From positions 3,878,880 through 3,942,879 of the forward strand of contig CM074810.1 in assembly GCA_037447605.1 (NCBI GenBank): DNA of 64,000 bases. The letters are read 5' to 3'. This stretch comes from Zygnema circumcarinatum SAG 698-1b. Its lineage: Eukaryota; Plantae; Zygnematophyceae. The notes below the pieces were generated by a model, which was given only the letters and a program-made list of their open reading frames with translations, was not told the DNA's origin and did not search any database. The translations under genes and the position numbers were made by a program. Shown one piece after another: positions 21,969 to 34,885 of the stretch. The stretch's first letter is position 1. Each line of letters opens with the position of its first letter.

Positions 21969-24900
21969 TCACAAGAAAGTTGCCGAATAATTTTCCCTCT
22001 CGCCTCTCCCTCCCGGTGTCCTCGTACCCTCTCCTATCGTCCCGCCTCCTCCTTCCTTCCTATGCCGCCCCTCTCTTCGCCGCCTCTGACGATTACTCTT
22101 CTCATTTGAGCCGCTTTCTCTATCGGACCTGCGAACTCGACCAGACCTCCCGCTCCTCTGCTTGCCTGCAGCTCCATATTGCCCCCCCGAGCCCTCCCCT
22201 GCCCCCCCCCCCCCATTCCGCTCTGCCCCCCCCTCTCCATCGCCGACAAAAGCAGGGTTTTCTCCCGCAGGAAACCCTTCGGCATCATCACGTCGTCGCT
22301 CAACCACTGCCTCCTCTTCCTCCCCCTCCTCCACCTCCCTCCGCTTTGCCAGCTTCCCGCCGCTACGCCCTGCACTCCCCCAAGAAGAGGTAGCCTCCTT
22401 CAGTCTGCTCCCCAACGACCCCTCTCGCGCCTTGTCCCCGCCGCCATCCCTCCCACCGCGCCCTCTTGCTGCAGGGAGGTAGAAAGGGTCGTGCTTCGCC
22501 CTGTGTTCGGCAAGCAGCGCAGAGGCAGAAAGAGCAGCGGAAGCACTGTTCTCCTCCTCCTCCTCCTCCTCCTCCTCCTTCTTCTTCTTCTTCTTCTTCT
22601 TCAGCAGCTCTCCACCGTCTCCCACCTCCCCCTCTGTGCTGCTCCATGGCTCGTTGGCAGCCCCACTCCCCCCCTCTCGTCTTGGGCGGCCAATTCTCTG
22701 CAGCTCTTCCAAAGCGCCCTCTAGATGAAGGCCCTCCGGGACGGGCACCCGCTGCTGGGCTCCTGCTTGAAGCGGTCTCAGCTCTTTTGAGAAGACTTGC
22801 CGCAGAGCCAATGCAATGGATGGCACTTTCTCTCTCTCGGCCACTACCTCCATCAGAGCGAGCACGTTGCAGACTCGTTCCTGAGCCTCCATATGCCCAC
22901 TTTCTGCTAACCCTTGGACATGATTACCGACAAGCTTGGCCATGGCTTCTAGACTCCCTCTGTCTGCATGGGTCACTGCCGGCCCATTATCCTGCAGAAC
23001 TTTTTGGGGATGTCGATACTCACAACCGGAGCTGCCGCTTGTGCCCACTTCTTGCTGATCTACAACATCACCATGTCTCCCAACCTCTTCCGAGAAAACT
23101 GAACCCTTTGCGGAACCTTCGTCCCTACTTCCCCTGCTTCCACTTTCACTACTGACCACTACCTTCGAAGTAGCCACGGCCGTAATGAACACCTTCAAAA
23201 CTGCTTGCACATACATGGCCTGCACAGACGGCCCAAGGAGCTTCACCTTCGGCTGCAGCAGCGCTTCGAGGGCCGCCATGGAGTCTTCTACGTGTGCCGC
23301 ATATTCCCCTACCACCCACGCAGCTGCTCCGAGGGGGAGGTCCATGGCGGAATGCCCCCCCCTCCCCACCAGCAGGGGACCCTCCTGCAGCAGCCGCAGA
23401 GCCGTACGGACAGCGGCCGCTCTCACTGTTGCCACTCTCACGGGGAGGTCAACGAGCTGCCTCGCGACCTCCCGGCCATGGCTGCTTCCCGGCACGCACG
23501 CCAAGTGGACGAGCACATCGAGATACCATCCGAAGTCGCTCACTCGCTCGTAGCGGCCATGGCTGCACATGGAGAGGACAGCCTTCACGAGCTCATCTGT
23601 GAAAGGGCTGCTTCCGGCCTGCATGTGCTGCTGGAGGACAGTGACAGTAGGGACGAGGTTTTCCGGAGAAATCATCTCCAATACCAAATGCAAAGCGCAG
23701 CGCTGAATGCCCTGATCTTTGTCATCTAGACAAGAGAGGATGGAGCCCTTGTGTTCAGATATTGCAGCAGGATGCGTTTCCACAAGAGTCAACATGGTCC
23801 TGAGGCTTAAGTAACGCAGGTTTGGGTCCATGTCATCCACGAGCTCCCCCAGTTTGAGAATGCAGTAAGCCATGCCTGCCTCATGCTGGGACATACTCTC
23901 TGTGACGCAGCGAATACACTCAAAGAGAAGGGACTTTGCGGGAGTGTTCCGCATAATGTCGCAGAGGGGATCGCCCAATTTCTGCGCAAGGCGGGGCTCA
24001 AGAGGAGCCAAAGCTCGGAAAATCTTCACAAGCTTAATAAGCAGCCAGTTGTTGGAAGAGGTTGTTAGCAGGCGATAAAACTCAGGTGCGAGGTGGAGAT
24101 AAGATTTCGGATCTCGCAGTGTGAGTTCGCAAAGCACAGTCACTGCAATCCGCACCACCCCATCGTCCTCATCCTCGAGCCGTTCAGTGAGTCGGCGGAA
24201 GACCATTCGCAGCCCATCTGGGTGTTGGCGGACCATTCTTAAGAGAGCTAAAGCAGCTTTCCGCCGCATGTATGGGCGGCCGCTGTTCAGAGTGGTGAAT
24301 ACTTCAGGTGTTAACTCGCGTGCCAAATCGGGAGTGGCAATGCAAGCAAGGCAGTTTAAGGCTAATCCGGCTTCGTACATGACAGGGCTGCCCAAATCTT
24401 TCCGCAACAAATTGGGAAGGAGAAGGAGTACTTCAGTTTCGTTGTTGAAGCTCTGACATGCAGCCAGATAGCCAATTTGCTTATTGCTGAAGATGGGTGT
24501 GCTCATCGCTTCCACAGTGGCAAAAGCGGCCCAAGTCATGTCTGCTCCTTGCAGCATGTGCAGATATGTCAGCTTCTGAAGAGCGACTATCTTGCAATGC
24601 AGGTCCATTGACTTCATCTCCCTTCTCACATCAGCAAGCGCCTGCGCCAAGTACTGTTGTTCACCAATGACCTGCAAAAGCCGGCTATTAGTGAAGAGTT
24701 GACAAAGCTTGTGGCCAATGCGAGGGTGCATTGAAGGGGGTGTGAAAGGCAAGCATGAAAGGGAAGGCGAAGTCGAAGGATTGAAGTCGATTGTGATAAA
24801 CATTCGATCGCGCCTACGATAAGGTTGCGGTGACAATCGAGTTGAAGGTTGTCATGCTGTGATGGAAGTTAAGGTGAAGGTAGGGAGAAGGTTCAAGGTT

Positions 24901-25358
24901 TCAAGAAAATCTCCGAAAGTTGTGATGAAGATGCGGTAAAGGTTAAGAGGAAGTCTTCCTTGAAGGTGAAGTGCTTCTTTAGAGGAAGGCAGTGGATGTT
25001 GCAAATAGTGGATAGTGGACGGAGCCAATGGTGACAGATTGCAGTTGCTGAATGCATTCTACACGAGCCATTGCTCATTGAGGGTCTTCAAGAGGACCAG
25101 AGCTTTTGTAAGGTCTAATTTATTTGATTATTGAAACCCCATGAATAAATGCATGAATCACTTGCCTTCTGTTAAGAAAGAAACAGCGCTTCGACTAGTT
25201 TACAGTTGATTCAATCTAAATTAAGGTGATGCACAGAAAAGAAGGATCTGTACCTGTCTCCGCAGGCCCTTCACGAGGTCCGCCAGACTTTTCTGAAAGA
25301 GCATCTCCATGGCCATGGCTGCCTTGCTCGGGCCAGCGGCGCTCCTCCTCATGGCCAT
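21969..25358 (-). CDS. AP3D: AP-3 complex subunit delta (delta-adaptin)
   Basis: Exon 1 (25358-25254, ...EMLFQKSLADLVKGLRRQ) and exon 2 (24671-21969) carry an adaptin N-terminal solenoid: ALQKLTYLHML, KQIGYLAACQSF, NNWLLIKLVKIF, EPRLAQKL, DPNLRYL, DFGWYL and AAAWVVGEY. Confidence 0.96.
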
Positions 25359-25870
25359 GCCTATCCCTGCAACACATCCTCCACACGTACTCGCATGCTC
25401 AAACTCTTGAAATTCATGTTGATCCTGTACAGTGCGCAAGCGTGACTTTACTTGCAGCATCTGAAAGCTGCGCATATCTCCCCACTCGAAACCAAGCATA
25501 AACGAAACACTGGCAATGGGAACCAGTAAGTGCAAACGTCCAACCAACCCTAATCATGAATCCTCTCAAATTCCAAACCCAACAAAGCTTCTCTCTCCGC
25601 CCTGACGCGCGGTCACTTCCGCGGCTTCTTCAGACAGTGCCTTTTCTTTGAGATTCCGACACAAGCCATTTTTCATGTTATCTGTACTCGCTGGAATTAT
25701 TATTTTCCCCCTCTCCTACCCGATGGCAGAAAGGTCTCCCTCCGAGGGCGTCTCCTCCACCGCGTGCGCGAGGGCGCGGCCCTTCCTTCCCGCCGTCAGC
25801 CCTCCCTTCCCCTCCCCCTCCCTCTCTCTCTCCCTCTCCCTCTCCCCCTCTCCCTCCCCTTCCCCGCCAT

Positions 25871-26040
25871 GGCCGCGAGCTTCCCCCGGGGAGGAGAAGT
25901 TGCGAGGAAGGTACGCCGTTCCGTGCTGTACGGATAGATGCGACCGTTGAGACCCTGAACCTTGGCGCTGTCCGTACGGTGCATGCTGGTGTGTACGGTT
26001 CGTACAGAAAACTTCGTCCGGCCCCGTACCGTCCCGTACT
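25871..26040. promoter_or_regulatory. Probable bidirectional promoter between AP3D and EngA with 7 GTAC motifs
   Basis: Lies between divergent 5' leaders. GTAC at 25911, 25928, 25974, 25993, 26002, 26026 and 26036. Confidence 0.6.
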
Positions 26041-26122
26041 TCACTCTGAGGGAGAGGGTGAGGGAGTGGGAGAGGGAGGGAGAGGGAGAGGGAGAGGGAG
26101 CGGGAGAGAGGGAGAGGCCGCC

Positions 26123-29100
26123 ATGGCTCTCCTTCCGCGGCTCCTCTCGCGCTGCAGGAGAGCGCGCGCAGTCGCCGCGTGGCGAGTGGTAGGGGAGGCG
26201 GGTGGCGGTCCGGGCGGACGGGAGCGTGCGGGGGCCGCCTGGGGAGGGGGAAGGAGGGAGCGCATCGCTACGCTGGGCGAGGCGAGGGAGGGGGAGTTGG
26301 ATATGGCGGAGGGAGGGCGCGCATTGGAGGCCGGGTCTGCGGTAAAAATTAGGGTTGAAGGGGAATCAATGGAGCGGGAGACGAGGTATGGCGAAAAGAA
26401 GGAGCTTCCTACTGTTTTTGAATGCAGGGATGAAAGCATGTGTGATGGGGTGGAGGTGAGGCGAGGACTCGGATGTGGATTAATTTTCGGGAAGTCTGGA
26501 AACAATTCGATGTGGGCTGGAAATTCGCGGAGTGGGTTAGTGTTAGGGGGAGGGTTTTTGCAATTTAGGGCGGGAATGGAAGCAAGGTTTAGTACATATG
26601 TCAGATGCGATGTAGCTGACGCGGCAGTTCAGGAGAGATTGGAGGAGCGAATTGACAATGAAGGAGGGAGAGAGGAGGACGACAGCTCGGAAGAGTTTGG
26701 AGAAGGGAGAGAGTCAGATATCGACCCGTCGAGTTCTGTTGAATGGGACGACTTGCTTTCTTGGGGGGAGAAGGGAGGGAGAGGCGATGCCAAGGGGGCG
26801 AGGGAGGGTGTGATGAAAGAAGCTGAGATGAGTAGTTCAGCTCGAACGTCAAAATTACTGAGAAGCAATGACCCTGAAGGATGCGATGGAGCGATGGAGC
26901 CTGAAGGAAGCTCTGACAGCAGCAGGAGACGTAAAAAAAAGGGGAGAGAGAAAAAAAGGAGCAAATATGAGACGCTGGAATTGACGCAGATGGTCACGGC
27001 GGTGATGGTCGGGCGGCCGAATGTCGGCAAATCTGCTCTTTTCAATAGGTAGGGATGATAATGTTAAGGTTTTTATGGCTCTCTCTCTCACTACTCTCTT
27101 CGCATCTCTTCCTCTGCTCATTGTCTGCTCTCCCGCTCTTTTCGCCTGCCTCTTTCTCTGTTGCTCTCCCACCCTTGAGCTGCAAGTGGCCGCGTGGAAC
27201 GACTGGAGGAGGGTTTCTTCCTGCTTGCAGTGCAGGCTGACTGGGAGACACGAGGCCTTGGTATACGACACCCCAGATGGTCACGTCACGCGGGATCATA
27301 AAGAAGGTGTTGCAAGAGTTGGAGATATTCGCCTCCGAGTCATCGACACGGCGGGATTGGATCCTTCTGCTACCTCGGAGAGCGTGCTTGGCAGAACCTC
27401 TCAGATTACACATAATGTGCTGAAGCGCTGCCAGTTGGCATTTTTCTTGTTGGATGGAAGGTGAGGTATTTTGCCCCTTATCCGAAATGCGCCATTTTAT
27501 GTTTTTCACTCGGCCGGAAGTCATTGAGGTATTGTCTGCTTAGGTTGACTGGCTGGGCTCGGTCACATCTGAGAGAGGGGGAGTGGAGATAAATAGGATG
27601 GCGGGAGAAAGGAAGAAGGATAAGACGAGAAGGCGATAGTATTGGAAGAGAGAGAGATACAGAAGAGAGGAGAAAGGAACAGAGAGACGGGGAGAGAAAA
27701 AAGGTGGAGGAGAAAGGTCTCACAATGTTAGAGCTTCCATGAGAAGGCTTTTCATACGTTTTTCAAAGTGGCAGGGCTGGTCTGCAGCCTCATGATGCTG
27801 AAGTCGCCACCTGGCTGCGTCGTGCAGCCCCACATATTCGCGTCGTCCTTTTGGTGAATAAGTGTGAAGGCTTGGACGGCGATCGTGGAGGCCTTCTGCA
27901 TGCGACTGTGGGGGAGGCGCATGTGCTAGGCCTGGGGGATCCTATTCCTATTTCTGCGGAGACAGGAGAAGGCCTTTCTGGCCTCTACAACAGGCTGCAG
28001 CCACTAATGGAGGCTGTGGAGAAGGAGAGAGGAGACTTGGAATTTCACGGAAACGTGGGAGGTGAGTCCGAACAGTCCGTTTTCTCGCCTTTGGGCCGCC
28101 GTTGCCGCAATGGATGTCAATGTATATGCACACGAGTCGAAATTGCTTTGTTACCTTTGTACAACGGGGTCCGTAAAGGCTTACATTAAGGCTAAGCTCC
28201 AAAACTGTGCAGTTCGCCTTTCTGTCATTGAATGCAAAAATCGCAGTCAGCTGAATTGAGATCCGCTTCAACTTCATCCTTCCAAAGTCATTTCCCATTT
28301 CCCATTTTTTTGAGCAGAAGAACTGGTCATTTCAGACGCATCAGAAGTTGTCTCATCGAGAGTCATCACATTGGAGAGAGGGGACAAAGGCAAAGCTGTG
28401 CCTGAAATTCCGCTCCAGCTGGCGATCTGTGGAAGGCCAAATGTGGGAAAGTCGACGCTTATGAATTCTCTTCTGGGCCAAGAGCGAGCTTTGACTGGGC
28501 CTGAACCCGGCCTCACTCGCGATTCCGTCCGAGAAAAGATTCTGTACAACGGAAAGGAAATTTGGCTGGTAGGCCGCATGGCACTTCACTGCCCTCGATG
28601 TGATAGGACGTGGGTCCCTGTTTTTGCAGTCCTATGAATGGACAATGCAACCAACATTTGAGTCTGTAGATAGAAATTCTCCACCCAGCAAATCCTGGAA
28701 GCCATAGGAACCATAATACTGCTAAATATTTTTCAGCCTCGAGCTTGTCATTTTATTTGTTTCTCGGCGGGTTAGGAGTGCTGATGATTGGCTGCGGAAG
28801 TGTGCAGGTAGACACGGCCGGTTGGATTCAACGCGCTGAAGTAAAGGGCCGCGGCCCGGGAGCCATGGCTGCACAGGATGCTCGGAAGCGCTTGAAGCGC
28901 GCACAGGTCGTGGCACTTGTGCTCGATGCTACGGAGGTATGGCCTTGAACATTGGATGAGCCGCATCTTCTATACGTATGCCGTGGGGGGAGTGGGATTC
29001 TTTCTGAAATGACATCCATGTCGTCATCTATAGTTGTTTAGAACAGATTCACGAATGAACAAAACGCCGGGGGCATAGAAAGGATGGTGGCCGGAAAGAA

Positions 29101-29975
29101 TGGAGGAAAGAGCCGCCTAGAGTTAAAAAAAGAAAGAGGAACGAGATGATTTCGTTGAAGGGGGGGTGGTTCAGATTGCCGGGAACAGAGCAACCTTGAA
29201 GCGATCGGAGATGGCCTTAGCGCGGTGGGTGGTGGAGGAAGGGCGCGCGCTGATCATCGTTATCAACAAAATGGACACTCTAGACGAGTCCCGTCACGAC
29301 GCCCTGCGGCACCAGCTGGCAAAAGCTGTCCCTCTGGAAATCAAAGCGGCCCTCCCACAGGTTCGTTCTCTCTCTCATTGTCGTCGTCGCAAGCGGTTGG
29401 TTTCTCCCTGTGAAGAGAGAGACCTTCTGTGGACTCAAAAGCCTCTGAACCCCTGAAAGCCCTATCCTGACGCGGCACGCGATGCAGATTGGCGAAGTGC
29501 CGCTCGTGTTCACCTCTGCCGTCCGGCGGGCGGCGAGAGAGCAGCTGCTGCCGGTTGTTGAGCGCAGCTTTGAGCGCTGGTGCACTCGCCTGCCGACCTC
29601 TGCGCTCAATCGCTGGCTGCAGAAGGTGAGAAACTCCCCAGTTTGGCGCCTTTGTGTTGTGGGTATTCTGCAGCTTTCTTCAAACCTTTTTGTTGAGAGA
29701 GAAGATAAATTGAGGGAGACAGAAAGTTGAAGTTTTGTCGCGTTTGAGTGGCGGCGCAGCTGGTGGCGGTAACGCCCCAGAGCAGCGGCGGCGGATCCGT
29801 GCGCTACCTGACACAGATCAAGGCGCGGCCGCCCACGTTTGTGGCGTTCACGTCGGGCACGAAGACTCTCGGGGAAGCAGAGCTGCGCCACTTGGCGGCG
29901 TCCCTGCGGGAAGCATTCGACCTGGGGGGCACGCCCCTCCGCGTTTACGAGAGGCGCAAGCGCAAGCCGTCCTGA
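26123..29975 (+). CDS. engA: EngA/Der double-G-domain ribosome biogenesis GTPase, probably the mitochondrial type
   Basis: GD1 [22 protein letters not shown]; GD2 [31 protein letters not shown]; KH-like [15 protein letters not shown]. Presequence-like N-terminus [15 protein letters not shown]. Confidence 0.95.
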
Positions 29976-30308
29976 AGAGGCCTTCTCTCTTCTCTCGCTC
30001 TGCAGAGGGACCTGATTCCACTGCACTGCTTGCCAGGCACCTGTCTGTGCGAGCTGGCGCTTCAGGTGTTCTGTCACACTGTCAAGCTGCTTTGTACGAG
30101 AAGCACTGGATGTGAATTTACAACAAAATTGTATAACAAGTCACAAAATGTGTCTACCACTGCTGTAGTTACAGTCAATCTCCTGTGCAAAATTTGTTGA
30201 CTCTATTGACGGGGAACACCTCAACATTAAAATACAAAAAGAGAAAAAAATACATCATCAACTCTTTGAACCGTGACTGAGCTGTACACGCGTAGGCCAG
30301 ACAGGCGC

Positions 30309-32510
30309 TCAAGTGGGAAGAGGGCCGTAGCCATCGTCGGCCGCATCAAATGGGAAGCCAGCAAACAGGCTCGCAAAGAGGAGTCCAAGCGTGACGAAAA
30401 TTGCGAGGAGGAAGTTGCGCACTTTCTGCCGCATCCGAAGGGCGAGGACGCTGCTGAGAGCGGCCAGACCTGCGTCCAGCGCGAGCGCCTCATCCGGGGA
30501 GATGGCAGCCATTCTCAGAACCTCCTTGCGGGCGGCGCTCACAGTCGCGGCTGCCATCTTCACATCCCCCTTGCGGAGAAGGACCCCGAGCCTGCTCAGC
30601 TGCAGGCGGGTCGCCGCTTCCCCTTCTACAGGCGGATAATGACATTTCTTGCCCACCACTTCATTCTGCAGCTGAACAATGGACCGCATGTGAAGCCGTG
30701 CACTCTATGCACCCATCAATACTGATAAGCCTTCCTCGTCAGTTCGAGAACAACATTGAAATCCACGGGATGGAACCGCGATGAAACCATTACTGCCACC
30801 TATCACCCAATGTTTTGGAAAACAAAGCAAAAAAAAAGGACAGTCTCGACTTTTACCGATTCCGTTAGCTCTTGCTTTTTCTAAAATATAAGCATATGAT
30901 AAGCACATAATAAGCACATGAGCATATGAAGATGGCTAACGAAGCGAGCACTTACCTGTCTGACGGCATCTCCACCATCAGAGCTGGACGTTGCCAAATC
31001 CAATAGAGGGCTATGCTTTTGGTTCAAAGCCTTCTCACAAAAGTTCGTGGGAGGCGGTGTCTTGGGTGAATGTTCACTCGAGGCTGTAGCCAGAAGTCCG
31101 GCATTTTCCTCCATGGAATTTGATTCATGGGCTGTCAAGGTTTCTTCAGCAGAGTGACCCCAATAGCCTTCATAAACTTCAAATTTTCCTTGCAAGGCAG
31201 ACTGGATAGATGGCGAAGCGGAAGCCAAACGAAAGGTATTTGCTTGAGCACGGGGCGAATCTTGAACAATAGAACCAGAATCGTTTGCACCTTGCAAACA
31301 TAAACGCAATCCCACATCTTCCTGGCTGCTGCCAGAAGCTTGAGTTCCAGGATTATCTGATTCTGTCATGGAACTTGACGTTGGAGTGGAAGCGGACGAG
31401 CTCTCCTTCGTTCCATCCACATCTCCCGAGAGGAAGGTTCCAGCGGTCGATTTGGCTGCTGATCCTTTATCCCTGCCAACACTGTCACTTTCACCTGTGA
31501 CTGTCGCCGATGAAAGGTTGATACTCTGCAGAATAAAGCAACAATAAGAACATGGCAAAAGCCAGATTAAACAAAAAATGAGGCGAGTTAATCTCCTCCA
31601 GGAAAAAGGGGGAAAGTCTAGCTGTAAAACTTAATTAAACTTCTCATGATATCAAAATTAAATGAACATGTTACTATCAGCCATCCTATGTCAACCAAGG
31701 ATAGCCAAGGCCCTGAAACACTAGCTTCAAGATTTTCGGCATGATGCTCCCAAGCTGCATCATCCACGGAAAGATCATGTGTGATGTTCACGAAACACAA
31801 ATGCACAGGTCAGTACCATCAAATTACACATGAAAGCACAGTTGCGTCATGTCAAGTGCCGAACGTGTAGTGAATCGGGAGAAAAAAAACACGATGTTTT
31901 AAGAAGAAAGTTGCGCATGCCGAACAAACTGAGTGAAACGTCATGCAGCATTGCATCACCAAAAATGAAAGAAGAAGGATACAAGTACGGCGATATCCAG
32001 AATCCCCTTCAATAGTCCAGATAAAGAGGGAAAACGAAAAATGACCTCGAGCAGGGAAATGCGCTGTGTATGATGATCAGGGAACTCCAAAACTTTCTGT
32101 CCTACCAAACCAAATGCCAAAGATGATTTCATTCGTCGCATCATGCCGGTCAGCGGAGCAACCTCGGATGATCATTCCCCTCTCGACCATACCTCTACTA
32201 CTTTCAATAAGAAATCGACGAAGGAAATCAATATTATTGTTTCGTTATTTCTTGGAAAGAAGAAAAATTCTATCCTCTACCGGCTGACAGTTTCAGCAAG
32301 CTTTCACCGGCATGAACTTACAGTTGCGCCCTTCACCTTGGCTGTCGCCACAGCGTTCGGTCTCACGATGTTCTTTCCCTTTGAACCAGTGACACGCGAG
32401 ATGATTTGAGAACCAGAGCTGCCGCTCCCTTCACTACTTCTAGTGCGGCCGGACTTTGAAGACTCTGAGTTCTTCGGAACGGGATGAATGTCTCTCGTTC
32501 TACTGTTCAT
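30309..32510 (-). CDS. Tail-anchored protein with a plant KASH motif (SINE3-like outer nuclear membrane protein)
   Basis: The last exon encodes a TM helix (FLLAIFVTLGLLFASLFAGF) followed by a short tail FDAADDGYGPLPT*. Upstream exons are Ser-rich. The start codon and middle exons are uncertain. Confidence 0.7.
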
Positions 32511-32692
32511 GGCTGAAGCAGCTCAGCGTAGCACACAATGCAAAGCCTACAATTCACGAGATCATCGCTATCGAACAAAACACCTTGCAACAACTCCAGG
32601 GACCTCTTGCAAGCAGCAAGCGCAGCAGAAGCAGCCGTGAATGAGGGACCTCTTGAAAGAAAAGAAAAGCGGTCCTTCAACAGCAATTCTTT

Positions 32693-32743
<51 letters not shown>

Positions 32744-33498
32744 CCTCTGTCCCAATTCAATCAATCCCTCCCTCCCGTGCCGCGCACTGCCCGACTGCCT
32801 GGCGATGTTGGACGTCCCACGCGTCCTCCGTCCCCTGCCGCCCGCCCGCACGCCCGCCTCCAGTCGCTGACGTTTGCTTGCCAGCACTATGGCGTCATAG
32901 TGCCAATTTCGTGACGTCGCATCGCGTCACGCAGTGCGGCACAGCTGGCCTCCGTCCCCCGGAGTTGACGTCACATTTTGCACATATTGACGCCATGACC
33001 GGGTGCAGTGCAGTCCATCCGAATCCGGCCAATCATGTCATGCCACGTGGACGAAGGTTGACGACCGAAAACTAGTTTGTGACGCTTTGTGCGCGCGCGA
33101 TGGCCGATAGGGCCGCAGGGCCGCGAGGGCGGGCGGGGGAGAGAGGTTGCTGGCGGCAAACCAAACAAGCACGGTGGGCAGCGTAGAGCTGCATCCCTCC
33201 CTCCTGCAAAATGCGCGTGGCGGGTCTGCGGCAGGCAGCCGGGCGGGCGCGGCCCTCACTGCCCTTACGGGATGTCGCTAAACCAAAACTGGGCATGATA
33301 TAATGACAACCGCTTCTGGACCGCGTTTCAAGACCTCGTTGATCTCGGACAGATTGGGAGGATTAGATCGTGGCTGCTCTGTCCCCTCTCGCCACATCCC
33401 TTCCTGCCGCTGCTGAAAAGAGTAACACAGGAAGGGACGAGAGAGGTGACAAGAAGAGAGAAAGACTGTCTTCGGAGCTGGAAAATCTTCTTGAAAAC

Positions 33499-34561
33499 AT
33501 GGATTACAGAATCGGACTCTTCCTGTTTTGGAGTCTTTTCTGGAGTATGTGCGCTGCAAGCTTGATTGATGTATCGCAAGCCGCAAAGCTCAGCGCGCTG
33601 TCTGCAAAATCAATGGGCAGCGTATTGGCAGTTGTGTGGGCAAGCCAAGTCATGGCAATTTCCTTCATGGAGGCCTGGGTAATACTCTCTCTACAGGGTT
33701 TTCCTTTTTCCTTTTAAACATGAAATATTTTTCAATTCTGACGAGGCCTGGATCGAACTTTAATGCTGCAGGTGTCTCTGAATTCCCTAATTCAAAGAAA
33801 GCTTTCCAGGCAATTTACAGTTGAATTGGAACATATTCCATGAAAATCAATGACTTCTTGCTATAGTACTCGCCGCGTGCATGCCTTTTCCATATGTTTA
33901 TGAAGAGCAGTTGATTCCCAGTGACTAGATGGTTTGATCGCTTGTCATGAGGAAGTCGTCATGTATGGATGTTTGGATGTAAATAATGGATGCAGTTGCA
34001 TGTTGGAGGTGGTCATGGAATGTCAGTCCGCGAGCAGACTGCCCAGGCGTCGATTTCAGAGCTGTGAAGGCGGTGGACTACCATCTTTCCCAGCATTATT
34101 CAGCCTCCCTTGAGGCTTTATTGGATTTGCAGGTGAAATTTGGCGCACCGTACCTAACCAGACCTGCGGCGTTAGATGTTGGTCGCCGCATCTTCCGGGC
34201 TTTCAACAGCATGGAGCTTGCGCATGCGGTAGCCCTCACTTTTTTTGCTTCTGTAGCCAACAAGGTGTTCCCTGACAGGAAGGCAGACTACGCCATTGGA
34301 GCGTTGGCATTGATATTGTTGACGCAAGTACTCTGGCTCACACCGCAACTCAGCCTTCTTGCATCGCATTGCATTGCCTCTGCAAGGAAAGACGAGCTTC
34401 CAGAGTCATTGCACATTGAGCAAGAAAGGCTCAAACAAGTGATAGCAGGCAAGAATAAGCCTAGCAAAGCCTTGCACGCTTTGTACATCTTCTTTGAACT
34501 GGTCAAGATCGGAGCCCTGCTTCTCCTAGTATCCATCTGGAAGACCTCTATCGAAGGCTGA
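33499..34561 (+). CDS. DUF4149/TMEM205-like multi-pass membrane protein, 2 exons
   Basis: Exon 1 (33499-33678, ...WASQVMAISFMEAW) and exon 2 (34133-34561, VKFGAPYLTRPAALDVGRRIFRAFNSMEL...LHALYIFFELVKIGALL), with a hydrophobic N-terminus and about 4 TM segments. Confidence 0.8.
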
Positions 34562-34885
34562 ACCCAGGTTCCCTCTTGGACTTTCTCCTTAAAGAATTGG
34601 TTGCCATATTTTTTGAGCTTGTATTTCTTCCTTTTACTCCTCTTATGGCTGAACGATTGTCAATTTTTAAAAGTACATAGTTTCACCGCATGCTTCTGAA
34701 AGTTGGTTGACGGCTCGGAAGTTAAGAGATAACGTAGTCCGTGCATAGAAAGTTTCACATGGGCTATGCAAATCAGCTGTTTGCATCATATTTTATTTGT
34801 CATCTCATAGTGTAGTTGGCCTTTCAAATTCCATTGTTCGCTCAAACTTCTCATATTTGGAGATAACGAAACAATCTTGTATGCT

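Noticed and set aside
19822-24456. Numerous long antisense ORFs over the kinase and AP3D genes (also over EngA, the porin-like gene and the TIGR01589 gene)
   Set aside because: These are shadow ORFs expected from high-GC3 coding sequence.
32507-32887. SINE1/2-type ARM repeats for the KASH protein
   Set aside because: No ARM-like sequence could be assembled, and the region appears to be 5' leader with a (CT)n tract.
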